Origin: Octopus vulgaris
Lineage: Eukaryota
Direction: 5' to 3'
Assembly: GCA_951406725.2 (NCBI GenBank)
Contig: OX597817.1
Location: 70,804,001-70,868,000, forward strand
Length of the DNA stretch: 64,000 nt
Positions 1 through 13,521 of this stretch are shown one piece after another. The translations under genes and the position numbers were made by a program. Positions within the stretch are counted from its first letter, which is position 1. Every line of letters begins with the position of its first letter. Below the pieces are notes generated by a model, which had not been told where the DNA came from, did not search any database, and saw only the letters and a program-made list of their open reading frames with translations.

Positions 1-83
1 GTAGTAAACTATTTCCCTATGACAGAAATTTATTCGTACTACATTGATTTGCAGTGTAGTTTCCTTTTTGTCAATCTCTATAC

Positions 84-439
84 CAGGCATTGGCAAACCT
101 GAGTAAATTATCCCAAGTGGGGTAAAAATTAAATTCTTGTGGGTAATGAGGACTCATTAGATATAAGTAAAATTACATAAAAAATAAAACGTGCTCCTTG
201 TTACGAAAGAAAATTTTCTTCTGGTAACATTGCATCTGTCCAATGTTATGGGCGCGTAGACAGATTCGTATAAATAGATTCAATAAAATAGATTCAGTAA
301 AATAGATTTAATAAACCTTTTGAATTCAAAGAATCTATAATTTTCTTCCTTTCAAATCAAGGGGATAACATCATCAAGGGGGTAACATTTTGCAACCAAT
401 TACTTTGGGGTTATTGGTTACAAAATTTACCCAACCCCT
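84..439. mobile_element. hAT-type MITE
   Basis: Imperfect TIRs (caggcattggcaaac / tttacccaacccct) flanked by a perfect 8-bp direct repeat ctctatac (76-83 and 440-447), the TSD length typical of hAT elements. Confidence 0.6.
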
Positions 440-658
440 CTCTATACTCTGCTGCGTGCGTTTCGCAAGTGAGTTTGGGTGTATGTACGTGTGTAATATG
501 TATACACACACACACATACACACACACACACACACACACAATTTGAATGATGCGTTTTCAGTTAACAGGCACAAGTAATTGCTCCTCGTCATTTATATTA
601 TCTCTCATTCTGCTCTATACTCGTCTAACGCATTTCTCTGAAGTATATTGAGTTCTAA

Positions 659-803
659 GTACATACATACATACATACATACATACATACATACATACAT
701 ACATACATACATACATACATAATACCTACATACATTCGAACATGCATATATATATACTAACAGACAGATAGACAGACATAGACAAACTTACAGACAAACA
801 GAG

Positions 804-887
<84 letters not shown>

Positions 888-888
888 T
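659..888. repeat. (TACA)n / (GACA)n / (GATA)n microsatellite block
   Basis: Direct reading. Confidence 0.95.
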
Positions 889-890
889 TA

Positions 891-1124
891 CAGGACTGGC
901 AAAAACTCACCTGACAGTAAATCAAAACCATTTAATTCCAAGATTTATTTATGTATAACAACTGAATGAATTTTAATAAAAGCATCTAAATATGAAACAT
1001 CATTAAAATTGTTCAAACTGAAGTCCTTCTTGAGTTACACATTTTTCCATTCGAGTCAATGCAGAATTACAGATAGTATTTATGGAATATTTATTTGATG
1101 TCGGGTGATTTTCGGCCAACCCTG
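891..1124. mobile_element. Tc1/mariner-type MITE
   Basis: Left end caggactggcaaaaaactcacctgaca matches the reverse complement of the right end (cagggttggccgaaaatcacccgaca); TA on both sides (889-890, 1125-1126). Confidence 0.65.
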
Positions 1125-1130
1125 TACATC

Positions 1131-1242
1131 TATGTATGTATGTATGTATGTATGTATGTATGTATGTATGTATGTATGTATGTATGTATGTATGTATGTA
1201 TGTATGTATGTATGTATGTATGTATGTATGTATGTATGTATG

Positions 1243-1283
<41 letters not shown>

Positions 1284-1320
1284 GTTTGTCTGTCAGTTTG
1301 TCTGTCTGTTCGTATGTATG

Positions 1321-1413
<93 letters not shown>

Positions 1414-1468
1414 ATATATATATATGTATGTATGTTCGTATGTATGGATATATGTATGTATGTATATC
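1131..1468. repeat. (TATG)n(TATC)n compound microsatellite
   Basis: Direct reading; explains ORFs 1095-1555. Confidence 0.95.
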
Positions 1469-2298
1469 TTTCAAACTTTCAGTTCTGTCAATTTCAGTTC
1501 CTATGAACCCCAGTGTTCTAAGTGTCATGAATTCTTAAAGGAGTTAATTCGATAGAATAGAATAAAATTGAGTTGCTATTTCTAGCTTGCGGATCGACTG
1601 TCTAGAAACTCCCTTACTGACTCGAGAGAAACCAATATTTTTTGGTGTAGTGTGCTATCTTCGGCTGAATGCCACACATGCTGCTTTGGTATGGATCAAA
1701 TTTCAGCATATGTTTTCTACATCAAAACCAATGATGACATAGAAATTCGAGTGTAAAGTGCCAAAAACAACATGGAATTCATCTGTTCTACCTGATGAAT
1801 AACAGAAAATCTATTGTATCTGCTTCCAATATTCTTATTTTCTTGGTTTTTGCTCCTTTTTATAATTAGAAAAGTAGGAGAGAATTATATTCGAAACAGT
1901 AGCGGGTTTTTTGTGAATTGTAGATATGTATGACATTGGAACATTGGAACACTATTTTTTTCAACTAGGTAAGAAAAGATTTATGTTGTGTAATGTTTAA
2001 ATGATTCGCAAGAAAACTAGCGCTCAGTAAGAGGTAAATGTGTTCCACTCAAGAAAGGAAAGCGTATCCATTCAAGAAACGAAGTCATACCCATTCAAGA
2101 GAAGAAATCGTACCGGTGATATGGCTAAGCGAAAGATTGTCTCAAGGTTCCTTAAATGTCGAGCCTTGGTCTATATTAGTTACAAACTATGTAATAGCTA
2201 TCGATTTTGTCTTCGTTATATGGTTAAAAATGTTGAAAAGCATAGCAGCGAACACATGTCGAGACAAGCAGTATATTATTTGATGTTATTTATACGAT

Positions 2299-2447
2299 GC
2301 CGAGGTCGACTTTGCCTTTCATCCTTTCGGGGTCGATTAGATAAGTACCAGTTACGCACTGGAGTCGATGTAATCGACTTAATCCGTTTGTCTGTCCTTG
2401 TTTGTCTTCTCTGTGTTTAGCCTCTTGTGGGTAGTAAAGAAATAGGT
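2299..2447 (+). mobile_element. SINE family B, 5'-truncated
   Basis: gccgaggtcgactttgcctttcatcctttcggggtcga...aaagaaata, same as the full copy at 58906. Confidence 0.85.
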
Positions 2448-2571
2448 AAATATTATCTTTTACGCTATTCCTTTTAATGAAGCCCGCTTAATTTTTCGAG
2501 CGAGTATAACTGAGTTTGTGCGCTCGCGTTGTATGTATGCAAGAAAGAAAGAAAGAGAGATAGAGAGATAG

Positions 2572-2664
<93 letters not shown>

Positions 2665-3575
2665 GTTATAGTTAATAATGTGATAGAAATGTAATCCAAG
2701 TTATAAACTGAAAACAAAGAATTTTAAAGGGAAAATTTACATCCGCTGAGAAAGCTATAGATTGTTATGGAGAAAAATATTTTGGTGGACTGTTTTGAGA
2801 AATGCAAAAGAAGTGGGCGACAAAGAAATAACTGGTGAATGTGTTTATAGTCTTTACCAATCACAATATAACAATAACAACTATTTTACTTAATTTGCTT
2901 TGAATTTCAGCAGCAGTCAACTTCCTGTATCCCAGCAGGATCGATAAATGAAATACTAACCATGTACTAAGGTTGGTAAACCAAATACAAGCCAAAGACT
3001 GGAGTATGATATGATCGACTGACTATCCTTCACACAAATATAATAGTTTCATGGTTGTGTTATAAATCACTTAACTGTTTAATGTCGTGACCGTAATCAA
3101 TATCCTGAAACAGATTTAATAATTAGTTTCTAAAACACTTTTGCTAAATCCCCTATCATCTTACTGATAAGATATCCCTTATCAATAACAGGACATTATC
3201 TGCAGCCGTGTAAAAGTCCTGAACCAAGACTAAAATCAATGGCGATCTGTTATATCCAGACTAATAAGAACCTTCCATGGGACTCTCAGGATCTAGCGTA
3301 TGCTAGACTTAGTAATTAACATGACAATAACATAACATAACAATATAAGATAATTACAGGATATCCTTTCTACAATACTGTTAGTCCGACGCTCTGCCGA
3401 TTCTGCTTTTGACCGCCCATTCTTGCAAAAAAAAAAAAAAATGATAATATAATATTCACAGTTTGCTGCATACAATTTATAATGTGCATTTTTTTCACGA
3501 CAGACTGCATTTAACAAAATAAGCTATATTAAAAAATATCGCAAGATCTAACAGAGATAAAGAGGGAGAGAGCGG

Positions 3576-3618
<43 letters not shown>

Positions 3619-3846
3619 GAGGGAGGGTGGGAAAGAGAGAAATTTAAGAAATCATATAAACGTAACCAAGCGTAACATATACATGCAGAAATAATAAAAT
3701 TCAAATAATAAGGAATATACATTTTCTGTCTTCCATTCTTATTTAATGTAGGAGTTATTTCAAATGACAACACCTGTCATCTTTATTCTGTTAATAGCTT
3801 GCCATATTTTCAAGGTTTTTCTTTCTAAATTTCACTCTTGCTATTC

Positions 3847-3902
<56 letters not shown>

Positions 3903-4396
3903 TTCTGTATACATACATACACACACACATATACACAGAGAGAGAGGGGGGAGAGAGTGATGCAAATAGAAAGAAAATGTATCAGTACATAAAGTAAAAT
4001 TTTTAATAAGGAGAACAATGGAAACTGAAATTTTACACAGTCGTTATTCCGAGATTCACGTTACCGCTTTTCTTTACGACTGATGGATTTTTATGACAAC
4101 TTACAAGCTTACGCGGGCATTATACAATTTTCAAAGGAAAGTTTATAAATACTGAGATTTCAAAACTTAAAATGATTACAATGTAATATTTCATATTCAG
4201 ATTATTTGTAATATGGCCATTAACATGAAGGGAAATAAAGCTGGTATAGTTCAAAAATAGAAAAGAAATAGTTACTACATGACCTGCATCGAAGTATATA
4301 AGGAGGAAGTTGCTAGACACAAAAGAGCAGAAAAAGGAAAGAAAGAATTTAATACAAAAATGAAGAGAGGGAAATTGGGAAGGTAAAGTAGAAATA

Positions 4397-4646
4397 GGTG
4401 GAGGCACGTGGCTTAGTGCTTAGGGTGTCAGCACCATGATCGTAAGATTGTGGTTTCGATTCCTGGACCGGGCAACGCGTTGTGTTCTTGAGCAAAACAC
4501 TTCATTTCACGTTGCTCCAGTCCACTCAGCTGGCAAAAATGCGTAACGCTGCGCTGGACTGGCGTCCCGTCCAGCTGAGGAACACATACGCCATAGAAAC
4601 GGGGAAACCGGGCCCATGAGCCTGGCTAGGCTTTAAAAGGGCGCAA
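4397..4646 (+). mobile_element. tRNA-derived SINE family D, full length
   Basis: A-box-like tggcttagtgc, B-box-like gtttcgattcc, A-rich tail; near-identical inverted copy at 51578-51827. Confidence 0.85.
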
Positions 4647-5069
4647 GAAAAAGAAAAAGAAAAGTAGAAATAGGCGAGATAGAGACTGAGTTGAGAAAAT
4701 GAAAAAATGCTGAAGAGTAGCAGATCGTTAGCACTAGGTCTTTCGTTGTTAGAGATAGCAGTAGATACAGTATCACAATGTAAAAGCCGTATATTTATGA
4801 AGTATCCTTTAAAAGTAAATAAGAAAGTGTAAGGTGTATGAATATACAGTAACGTTCATCTTTTTGAATTGTGAGACAAAGAGAAGTCATTTTACTGAGT
4901 TTTCCTGAGAAATATCTTTCAGCAACATTGAGCTGATAGATGATAATCTTTGAGATAAAATTTCGGGTTTGTTAATGAGAACATTAAATATTCATAGAAC
5001 GTTTATTTACAGTACATGGAAGTTCTTAAAATGAACGAGGGACTTCAAAGGAATTCTATGTATAATATT

Positions 5070-5245
5070 GGTTTCTAATTTTGGCACAAGGCCAGCAAAT
5101 TCGGGGAGGGGACTAGTTGATTACATGGTACTTATTTTTTCGACCCTGAAAGGATGACAGCCAAAGTCGACCTCAGGGGAATTTGAGCTCAGACGTAAAG
5201 ACAGACGAAGTGCCGCTAAGCATTTTTCTCGGCGTACCCGCCGCT
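5070..5245 (-). mobile_element. SINE family B, degenerate
   Basis: cgaccctgaaaggatgacagccaaagtcgacctc is the reverse complement of the family B core. Confidence 0.75.
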
Positions 5246-5259
5246 TTGATTCTATGTAC

Positions 5260-5880
5260 AATATTGCAATATATTCAATGTAGGTTCAATAAGTTTGCTC
5301 TGGTGATGAAATTTTGGAATGGGTTTATTCCTAGTGTTCAACGAATTGAGAGGAAATGTCAATATTGAGAATTTTTTAATAACCATTCATGCAATAGGTT
5401 CTCCAGAATATGATTAACTTGCTGAAGCTATAGTAGTAACCACAATGATTTAATTTATGGCATCAAATCATGAAATTATAGTAACAGTCTTCTGTCATGT
5501 TATGAACCCAACGCAATTGTGTCAATATCAATTCATACTAACTTGATAGCAGATGCCTAAGCAAGAACTTAGTATTTTGTGCTGAAAGGGAGTTGGTAGA
5601 TCAAGTTGAAAGCGTTTAGACATAGCATTCCGTCGCTTTAATAACAGGTTCCCAGAGCTCACGTATTCCTTTAGAAATTCAAAGTGCTATAACATCCTTT
5701 TCACAGCACATATGGAGACTAAAAGACAAAAACACCACAAACTATGTATGCTAGAAGATTTGGATCGTACAGCTTGAATACTTGCAATAAATCTTTCATA
5801 TCGACTATTCATTAAATTCTAGGCGCGAATTCTTCAAAATGTCACCAGCGAAAATATTTAGAATTCTCCTTCCTAATATG
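5260..5880 (+). pseudogene. Degenerate Penelope-like element, C-terminal/GIY-YIG region
   Basis: Broken peptides TYSFRNSKCYN, SQHIWRLKDKN and NSRREF..KCHQRK resemble the PLE endonuclease C-terminus (H..SFRN..LS.HIW.LK..N.R.E..SKC.H). Confidence 0.55.
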
Positions 5881-7751
5881 CTTTTTTGTGCCCGAGAACA
5901 TCGATTAACTAAGGTTTATCCCAAAGCATTTCGAACGGGAACTGAAAATTATTAGCAAACTAAACTTCTCTTCGGCATAATCTGAAAAATTACTTGCATT
6001 TGTTTTGGTCTGTTAATTTTTGAATGCCATTTCGCTTGGTTTTATTTAAGTATATCGATCAGTTGTGTTCTACAAGTGAGCAACCCTGATGTTCGACACT
6101 TAAATTAAATCAAGCAACGGCTAAGATATCTTTTGCCTGAAAACTATTTACCTCGAACATACGCAGAATCATGAATATTTCTCTTTTTTCCCCACACTGA
6201 AATGAAGTTTAAGGTCCAAGACATTCGACATAAAATGTTTAGCAAAAATGTCAATGAAGTAGTAAGGGAGGGAATCGTGAAAGTTAAATTGGCTAAAACT
6301 TAAGGAGAAATTTGTAAGATGTGTGTGAGTTGATCTTTGAAAGCTACGGACATGTTTCGAATTTATTAAACCTCTTTTGAGAAGTATGGCCTAAAACTTT
6401 GGTAACAGATTACAGAATGACTACGTTTGCTTTAAAAACAATTTAAATAACATCACTGGAAAATTCTCAGGTATGCCTTCTGCGTGAAGAACATATAGTT
6501 AAGTGCAGGCTAATATAATAAGTGTAGTGAGCCGAAAAGGATGTGAACGAGATTAAATTAAAACCGAAATGAGCAGAAAAAGTCAACTGCGTTAACCTTT
6601 GAACTACAAAACTGAATTTCAGTCATTCCAGTAATGAAGTTAAATATCTACAAAAAAAAAAAAAAAGAAATGAAATGAAAATAGAATCGGTATTTTTTGT
6701 AAGACACGTTGTCTCTACAAAAATAATCTCAAACACGACATTCCTCAACAAAAGATAGATTAATATGTATAAAATTGCTTTTCTCAGTTACGGGTAATGC
6801 AATTTTGAGTGGATATATCTGATTTCTGCAGAAAATGAGTTTTAGATTTTTGTACTGTCAAAAGGGACAAGAGAGACAGCTATTCTGCAATTTAAATTGA
6901 CTAAACATTAAACGGGGATGTCGTGGGTGGAAAGCCGTAGCACGATATATTATCTAATAAGCCTGCTTTGTTTAGATAGTAAAGTTTTATTTGAGAGATA
7001 CTGAACTGCTATTTCTAGCTGGTCAAGCCACCCCAGAGAGAAGCGTTCGTTGACCCCAGACTTTCTCATTGGTGAATATTCTTACTGTTACTTTGTGTTT
7101 AAGTTTCGCCTTTCAAGGGATGGTTTTTGTGGGGTGGGAAGTGAAGATGGTGTCTTAGTGTTTTGTGTGCGTGCTTGTATGTATGTATGCATGTATGTAT
7201 GTATGTATTATGTATTTATGTATGTATGTATATATTTATGCATTCATTGATGCATGCAAATATATATGCTTGCATATGTGTGTATGCGTCTATGATGCTC
7301 TAACATACAGGTGTGTTACTTTATCAAAGCCTTTTGGGATGGTGCTACAAAACGAATCAAAACAGACAATCAATGGAGAGCAGCTGGTAAGTTTCAACAA
7401 CGTCTGTCCAAATTAAAAAACACTTCGACTCACCCGTACTTACAAAAGGCAGTACGCTTCATATAGCTTATTTGGCTTTACTACGCAAATATTTCGTGGT
7501 GATACATGGGTTCAAAGAATAATAAAATAGGGTTCGATGAAATAGAATATAATGAGATTATCCTATTGCAGAAGCGATAATATGGTGATACATAAAAATG
7601 ACATGAAAAATACAGCGACATACATACATACACACATACATACATACATACATACATACATACATACATACATACATACATACATACATACTTACATACA
7701 TACACACATACATACATACATACATACTTACATACACACATACACACATAC

Positions 7752-7806
<55 letters not shown>

Positions 7807-8494
7807 CAGGGTGTCCCAAAAGTCACTACACACTTTCTTTTTTCTATTTCGTTTCAGGTATCATTCGGACAGACGTGAGGCCATCAGTATTTGACACTTT
7901 AGACTTTGCAGGTTTTGTAAGTGTACCATTCCCTTAACCATGACAAACCATACCAGCAGCTTCGGAGAGTTTCTTTCATGTTCGAGAATTTCTGCTGCTT
8001 TTGATTTTCCCCAAAATCGACAATTGCGTCGGTTTACCCGACCAGAGAGTTGAAAGATAGACTCATCGCTGAACCATAAGTTTTCCAAGAACTGAGAGTC
8101 GTTATGGTATTAATGAAGGAGTAATTCACACATTTCCACACGAGCATCATAATCTTCCGCTTGAAGCCTTCGAGCAATATGAAGTAGGTACGGGTAGAGC
8201 TTTATCACTCTCCGAATCATCCGCAGAATCGAACTTTTTGATGCTAAGTTCCAGTGTAATCCTCCGGATGGACTTCCCCTCGCTTTTTGCGAACGCCTGC
8301 TTCAGGAGCTCGGTGTTTAAGAACAGACCCTCTTTTGAGAAACTTGCTATGGAAAGCATAAATTGTGCTATGCGTTGGTGCAGTGTGACGGCTATAAACC
8401 TTCTCAAACTAGCAATGAACTACAGTAGAAGACTGACAAACTTCTGAAACAAAACAGAGAATAGAAAGTGTATAGCGATTTTTGGGACACCCTG
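7807..8494 (-). mobile_element. Internally deleted Tc1/mariner-superfamily transposon (rosa/DD41D-like)
   Basis: TIRs cagggtgtcccaaaa / ttttgggacaccctg; minus-strand peptide LWFSDESIFQLSGRVNRRNCRFWG...ERNSPKLLVW (7861-8088) carries the first catalytic Asp motif. Confidence 0.85.
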
Positions 8495-8721
8495 TGTATA
8501 TATAATTGATGAAAGAAACGGAAAATAGATTTGGAAGTAGTCTTTATTCAGTATGACGATCGTTTCGACCCATCCTTCAACTGCCGGTTATGGGTTGGAT
8601 TTTGTGTATCTAACTGTGTTGCATCAATCTGTGCAGTTTGTGTCACATGAGGTGCATGTATAAAGAAGGGGATGACTCGCTAGATATACTGAAATGTCCT
8701 AGGCATGTTGTTATTGTTCGC

Positions 8722-8866
8722 TATGTGATAAGAAGCTTGCTTCCCAAACATGGTTCCGGGTTCAGTTCCACTGTGTCGCACCTTGGGCAAGTGTCTTCTA
8801 CTTTAGCCTCGGGCCGACCAAAGCCTTGTGAGTGGATTTGGTAGACAGAAACTGAAAGAATCCCGT

Positions 8867-8908
<42 letters not shown>

Positions 8909-8995
8909 CATATGTGTGTGTGTGTGTGTGTGTTTTCCCCCCACCATCGCTTGACAACCAATGATGATGTGTTTACGACCCCGTAACTTAGCGGT
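8722..8995 (+). mobile_element. SINE family A (internal TA/TG microsatellite), 3'-truncated
   Basis: ggttccgggttcagt..ccttgggcaagtgtcttct..ggatttggtagac.gaaactgaaag, same as the copy at 22648. Confidence 0.85.
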
Positions 8996-9001
8996 ATATG
9001 A

Positions 9002-9085
9002 CTCTGATGATGGTATATTCACTTCATGGAATCCTTACTCAGTATGATGATCCATATGCTTGACGTTTCTAGAAACAGCTGTAAG
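9002..9085 (+). ncRNA. Hammerhead-like motif with long stem II and weak stem I
   Basis: CTGATGA (9004-9010) ... GAAA cagctg TA (9072-9083); palindromic stem III; only 2 bp of stem I remain. Confidence 0.45.
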
Positions 9086-10044
9086 AGACTATGTTTATAT
9101 CATCTATCTCAATCAAATGTCCTTTTCAAGTGATGCTAAATGTTTTGCTTTTTCATTTTTACTTTAATCTGTACTGTATGGTTGTGTATATATATGTGTG
9201 TGTGTGTTTGTCTGTATGTGTGTGCGTATGTGTGTATGTGTGTGTATATGTGTGTGTTCGTGCGTGTGTGTGTGTGTGTGTATGCATATATGTATATATA
9301 CATATATATTCTCTAGTCAGTCTCTTGCTACTCTGCAACTCTGTATGTACTCTGTGTTTCAGTGCTCTTGCTACTCTGTGTTTCGGCTTTGGACGTGAAA
9401 GACATAAATTTCCTAGTGCAAAAGCCGAGAACAATAGGAAGGGGACTAGTAGGAATATCTAGGCTAGGTTTCGTATCTTGGCTAAAAATGTCGGAAGCTA
9501 TTCGTTACATACGTATAGCAATACATAGACCACGCATACCCATGCACACAAAAACATACACGCATACCCATACACACTAAAACTTAAACGCATGTACGTT
9601 TGCATTCATACACAGACATGTGTATGCATGTGTGTGTACGCGCTTACAAGTGTATTTATTGACAGAGAAAGAAAACAGTGAGTGTAGAAGTTAGAAGTGG
9701 AAAGAAAGATTCTTGATGTGATGAAAACACGTAATAAATATTCCGAAGTAGTAAAACATTTTACCTCCCACCCTCTCTCAGAGAAAACTTTACAGTTAAT
9801 AAAATTTGAAATTTATGGGATTTTTTCGGAAAAAGTTTGTCTTTATGAAAATGCCATAAAATTTCAGTGTTTGTTTCAATTTCGTAAATGTACAGATAAT
9901 GTAGAATGAAATCTCTCTCTCTCTCTCTCTTTCTTTCTCTGTCTCTCTCTTCTTCCTCTTTCTCACTTACAATCCATATCATCTTTTCCTTTCACTCTCC
10001 ATTTTATTTCAAATCTTTTTGTGTATATATATTTTATGAGTGTG

Positions 10045-10275
<231 letters not shown>

Positions 10276-10506
10276 ATTTCATTACTACCCACAAGGGGCT
10301 AAACATAGAGGGGACAAACAAGGACAGACGAAGGGATTGAGTCGATTATATCGCCCCCAGTGCGAAACTGGTACTTTATTTATCGACCCCGAAAGGATGA
10401 AAGGCAAAGTTGACCTCGGCGGAATTTGAACTCAGAACATAACGACAGACGAAATACCGCTAAGCATTTCGTCCGGCGCGCTAACGTGTCTGCAAGCTCG
10501 CCGCCT
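10276..10506 (-). mobile_element. SINE family B, full length
   Basis: Reverse complement begins ggcggcgagcttgcagacacgttagc, contains gagttcaaattcc (B-box-like) and the family core and tail. Confidence 0.9.
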
Positions 10507-10537
10507 ATAAACATATATATACATATATATATATATC

Positions 10538-10836
10538 ACGTGATCACGTGACCGACCAGACCATCAGATGTTGTTACACATCGCTGGTCACAATGCGTTC
10601 GCATTGTTTTAGCCTTCGAATGACGCCACCTCGCTGGCTAAGCGAGCAGGCCAACAGAAGAAAGAGTGGGAGAAAGAGTGGTGAAAGAGTACAGCAGGGA
10701 TCACCACCCCCTGCCGGAGCCTCGTGGAGCTTTTAGGTGTTTTCGCTCAATAAACGCACAACACCCGGTATGAGAATCGAAACCGCGATCCTACGACCGC
10801 GAGTCCGCTGCCCTAGCCACTGGGCCATTGCACCTC

Positions 10837-10838
<2 letters not shown>
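10538..10838 (-). mobile_element. tRNA(Arg)-like-headed SINE family C, tail type 1
   Basis: Reverse complement gtggaggtgcaatggcccagtgg (A box)...ggactcgcggtc (TCG loop)...gtttcgattc (B box); tail shared with 34750-35062. Resembles the octopus OR-type SINEs. Confidence 0.85.
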
Positions 10839-10906
<68 letters not shown>

Positions 10907-10909
<3 letters not shown>

Positions 10910-11878
10910 TTTTCTCTGGTTTCAGCTCAGAGCTGCGGCCATGGTGATGCACCGCCGTTTTGTGATACACTGTTATTGCGAAGAACCTCGTCTAATATGT
11001 GGCACTTGGTGAAGAATGGAGTTTGATATAGCTACTCTCATTTGCACCTCTTGCCGTGAGGTAGGTTCATCTGGGACCCTCGACAGAAAGATGTCCAGCT
11101 TTGATTTAAAAACCGCTACATCTACTTTGTGCAAGTTCCTCAGACTCTTTGGGAGAATATTAAAAAGCTATGGGCCCATGAAACCCAGGCTGTTGCAGAA
11201 GCTGGTCCTGAAGCGTGATGGCATTGCTGGGATCTTTGGCACTATACAGTGTCGTCCCGTTCTAGCATTGGTGTAGCTTACAATGCCAATATTTGGCACA
11301 ATTCCTTCCAGGATCTTCCAGACATATATTACTGCATACCTCTCCCGTCTTCTCTCCAGGGAGTAGAGTCTTAGCTGTTTCAACCTTTCTCAGTAGCTGA
11401 GCTGTTGCAAAGAGACGATCTTCTTTGTGAATCTTCTCTGGATTGCTTCAAGGTCCGCTGTTAATTTTACACTGGTGGGTGACCATAGCTGTGAGCAGTA
11501 ATCCAGGCGGCTGAGGACGAATGTCCGCCAGAGGACCATCATGGTTTCCTTATCTCTGGTTCTGAATGTTCTTAGGATCCACCCAACCAGTCGTCTGCAC
11601 TTTGTCGCCATCCTGGCAATGTGCACTTGGAAAGAGGTATCATCACTCATGTCGATACCCAGGTCCCTCACAGACGTAGGCTCTGGGATTGAAATTCCCT
11701 GTGGACCGGTGTATCCTGTAAGTTTAATATTCAGTTTTGGATGCTGGTAGCGCAGGGCCTGGAATTTTTCAGCATTAAACTGCATATTATTATCCTCAGC
11801 CCATCTGTAGATTGAGTCCAACTCCTGCTGCAGGTGTGCAAAATCGCTGGGGTTCTATATTTTCTGCGAGACTTCTGC
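10907..11878 (-). mobile_element. CR1/L2-group LINE: RT C-terminus and 3' end
   Basis: Peptides LQQELDSIYRWAEDNNMQFNAEKF, VRDLGI, SRLDYCSQLWSP, LEAIQRRFTK, LYSLERRRERYAVIYVWKILEG; 3' tail ggcggtgcatcaccatggccgcagctctgagctgaaac plus A-run. Confidence 0.92.
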
Positions 11879-12275
11879 GACAACCTGTAAATTCTACATG
11901 CGGGGCAAGTGTTGGCATTGTGAGGACGGCAAAAACTGCCGGTTCGCCCACCCGACACTCCGCCAGAACTTCAGGGGACTCAAAGAGAAAAGCTTTACCG
12001 AGGGAACACAAAAAATGTCTCCCAGGAAAACTTTCAAAAACGAAGTGCGCTCCTCAGATGTTCTGCGCAACGCAGCAGCTGAGCAAGAGTCTTTTTTATG
12101 CATGGCGCAAAGAATTGTCCGGCAGCTAACCTGGCTACACCAAGCACAGAAAAGGAATCCTGCCCACCACTATGCAAGACCACCACAGTCAACAGACACG
12201 GGATGGCCTCCCCTAACGCCAGCACAGCCGTCACCCCAATACTTTTACTAAATATTGGGGGCCTGTTGCATCAAA
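11879..12275 (+). mobile_element. Inverted LINE 5' segment: ORF1 CCCH zinc finger and start of the APE domain
   Basis: TCKFYMRGKCWHCEDGKNCRFAHP (CCCH-like), then TPILLLNIGGL (APE N-terminal L-N-I-x-G-L motif), abutting the minus-strand RT fragment. Confidence 0.65.
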
Positions 12276-12281
12276 ATATAT

Positions 12282-12370
<89 letters not shown>

Positions 12371-12403
12371 AAAATAGTAAGCAGACCATAGAAAAGGCTA
12401 GGT

Positions 12404-13174
12404 TTGCATTTAAAGTTTGTTAGGAACACCCTAATTGACAGACATTACCCAGCTCAACTCATAGAGGATGGGATCAGACGTGCAACAGAAATCAACATAG
12501 AAACTTTAAGAAAAGTTCAACACAACAACACACCTTCCCCGAAAATACTACCTTACATATCTACATACAACCCCAGAAACAAAGAAGCCTTCACCATCAT
12601 CACCCAGAATTTACCAAAACTTCATAAAAACCCAAAATTAAAGGAAATTCTAAACATACACCAAATCATTAAAAGCTACAAACAGCCTAAATCACTTAAA
12701 AAGATTCTCACAAAGGCAAAATTGTCTTCTAAAATTACGGATGCAAAAGTAAAAAAATGTGGTAGATCGAACTGTGCAACATGTCCTAACCTATTGGAAG
12801 GATCAGAATTCTTCTTTAAAGAGGGACAGAAATTTAAGATCAAATCTAACTTTACTTGTGCCTCTGAAAACATAATTTATGTTATTAAATGCTCGGGCTG
12901 CCACCAAGACTACGTGGGTTCCACGGGACTATCACTCAGGCGTAGATGCACACTGCATCGACAACAGATTGCATTCCCAGAATATAGAATGATACCTTTT
13001 AGTGAGCACATTGAGAAATGCGCAAAGCAACTACTGCCACAATTTTTAATCTTCCCATTTTACCAATGTGCTTTCGGATCATCAACACAAATGAGACTGA
13101 ACAAGGAAACATTCTTCATTGAAAAGTACAAACCCAGACTCAACCATCCGAACATACTGACACAGAGAAATTAA
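12404..13174 (+). CDS. Penelope-like element GIY-YIG endonuclease ORF (5'-truncated, Neptune-like)
   Basis: 256 aa open frame with LPYISTYNP, KQPKSLKKIL, Cys linker KKCGRSNCATC, and FTCASENIIYVIKCSGCHQDYVGSTG..LRRR..LH..E.FFI....P.LN. No initiating context; the RT core is missing. Confidence 0.9.
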   Translation: MHLKFVRNTLIDRHYPAQLIEDGIRRATEINIETLRKVQHNNTPSPKILPYISTYNPRNKEAFTIITQNLPKLHKNPKLKEILNIHQIIKSYKQPKSLKKILTKAKLSSKITDAKVKKCGRSNCATCPNLLEGSEFFFKEGQKFKIKSNFTCASENIIYVIKCSGCHQDYVGSTGLSLRRRCTLHRQQIAFPEYRMIPFSEHIEKCAKQLLPQFLIFPFYQCAFGSSTQMRLNKETFFIEKYKPRLNHPNILTQRN

Positions 13175-13521
13175 CAAGGAAAAGGGATAAAAAATGTTTA
13201 AGCGATTATCTCCCTTACACCGGAAGAAATCACTCACTACCTCCCCTTATTTAGAAATCTCCTGGAAATAAAAACAACGATAACTCCATGCAATATAAAC
13301 ATAACGTCACAAGAAATTTGAAAAGCTACACGCGAAACCGGTAATTTCTTTAAAAATTTTAAAATTATGTCATTTTAAGGAAAGGAAAAAAATTTTTCCA
13401 ATATTCTCCAGACATTTTGACACAAATATATATATTTTTTAACATTTAAGCCTTCTGTCGTTTTTTTCACACTTTACTATTTTCTTATATATTCACCCAC
13501 GTGCTTTACAAACAAACTTTC

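Noticed and set aside
270-315. Three short repeats of taaaatagatt.a.
   Set aside because: A simple slippage repeat inside a MITE, with no spacers, so not CRISPR-like.
2038-2290. Overlapping ORFs in non-repetitive sequence
   Set aside because: No recognisable motif or splice context; the longer frame runs into a SINE.
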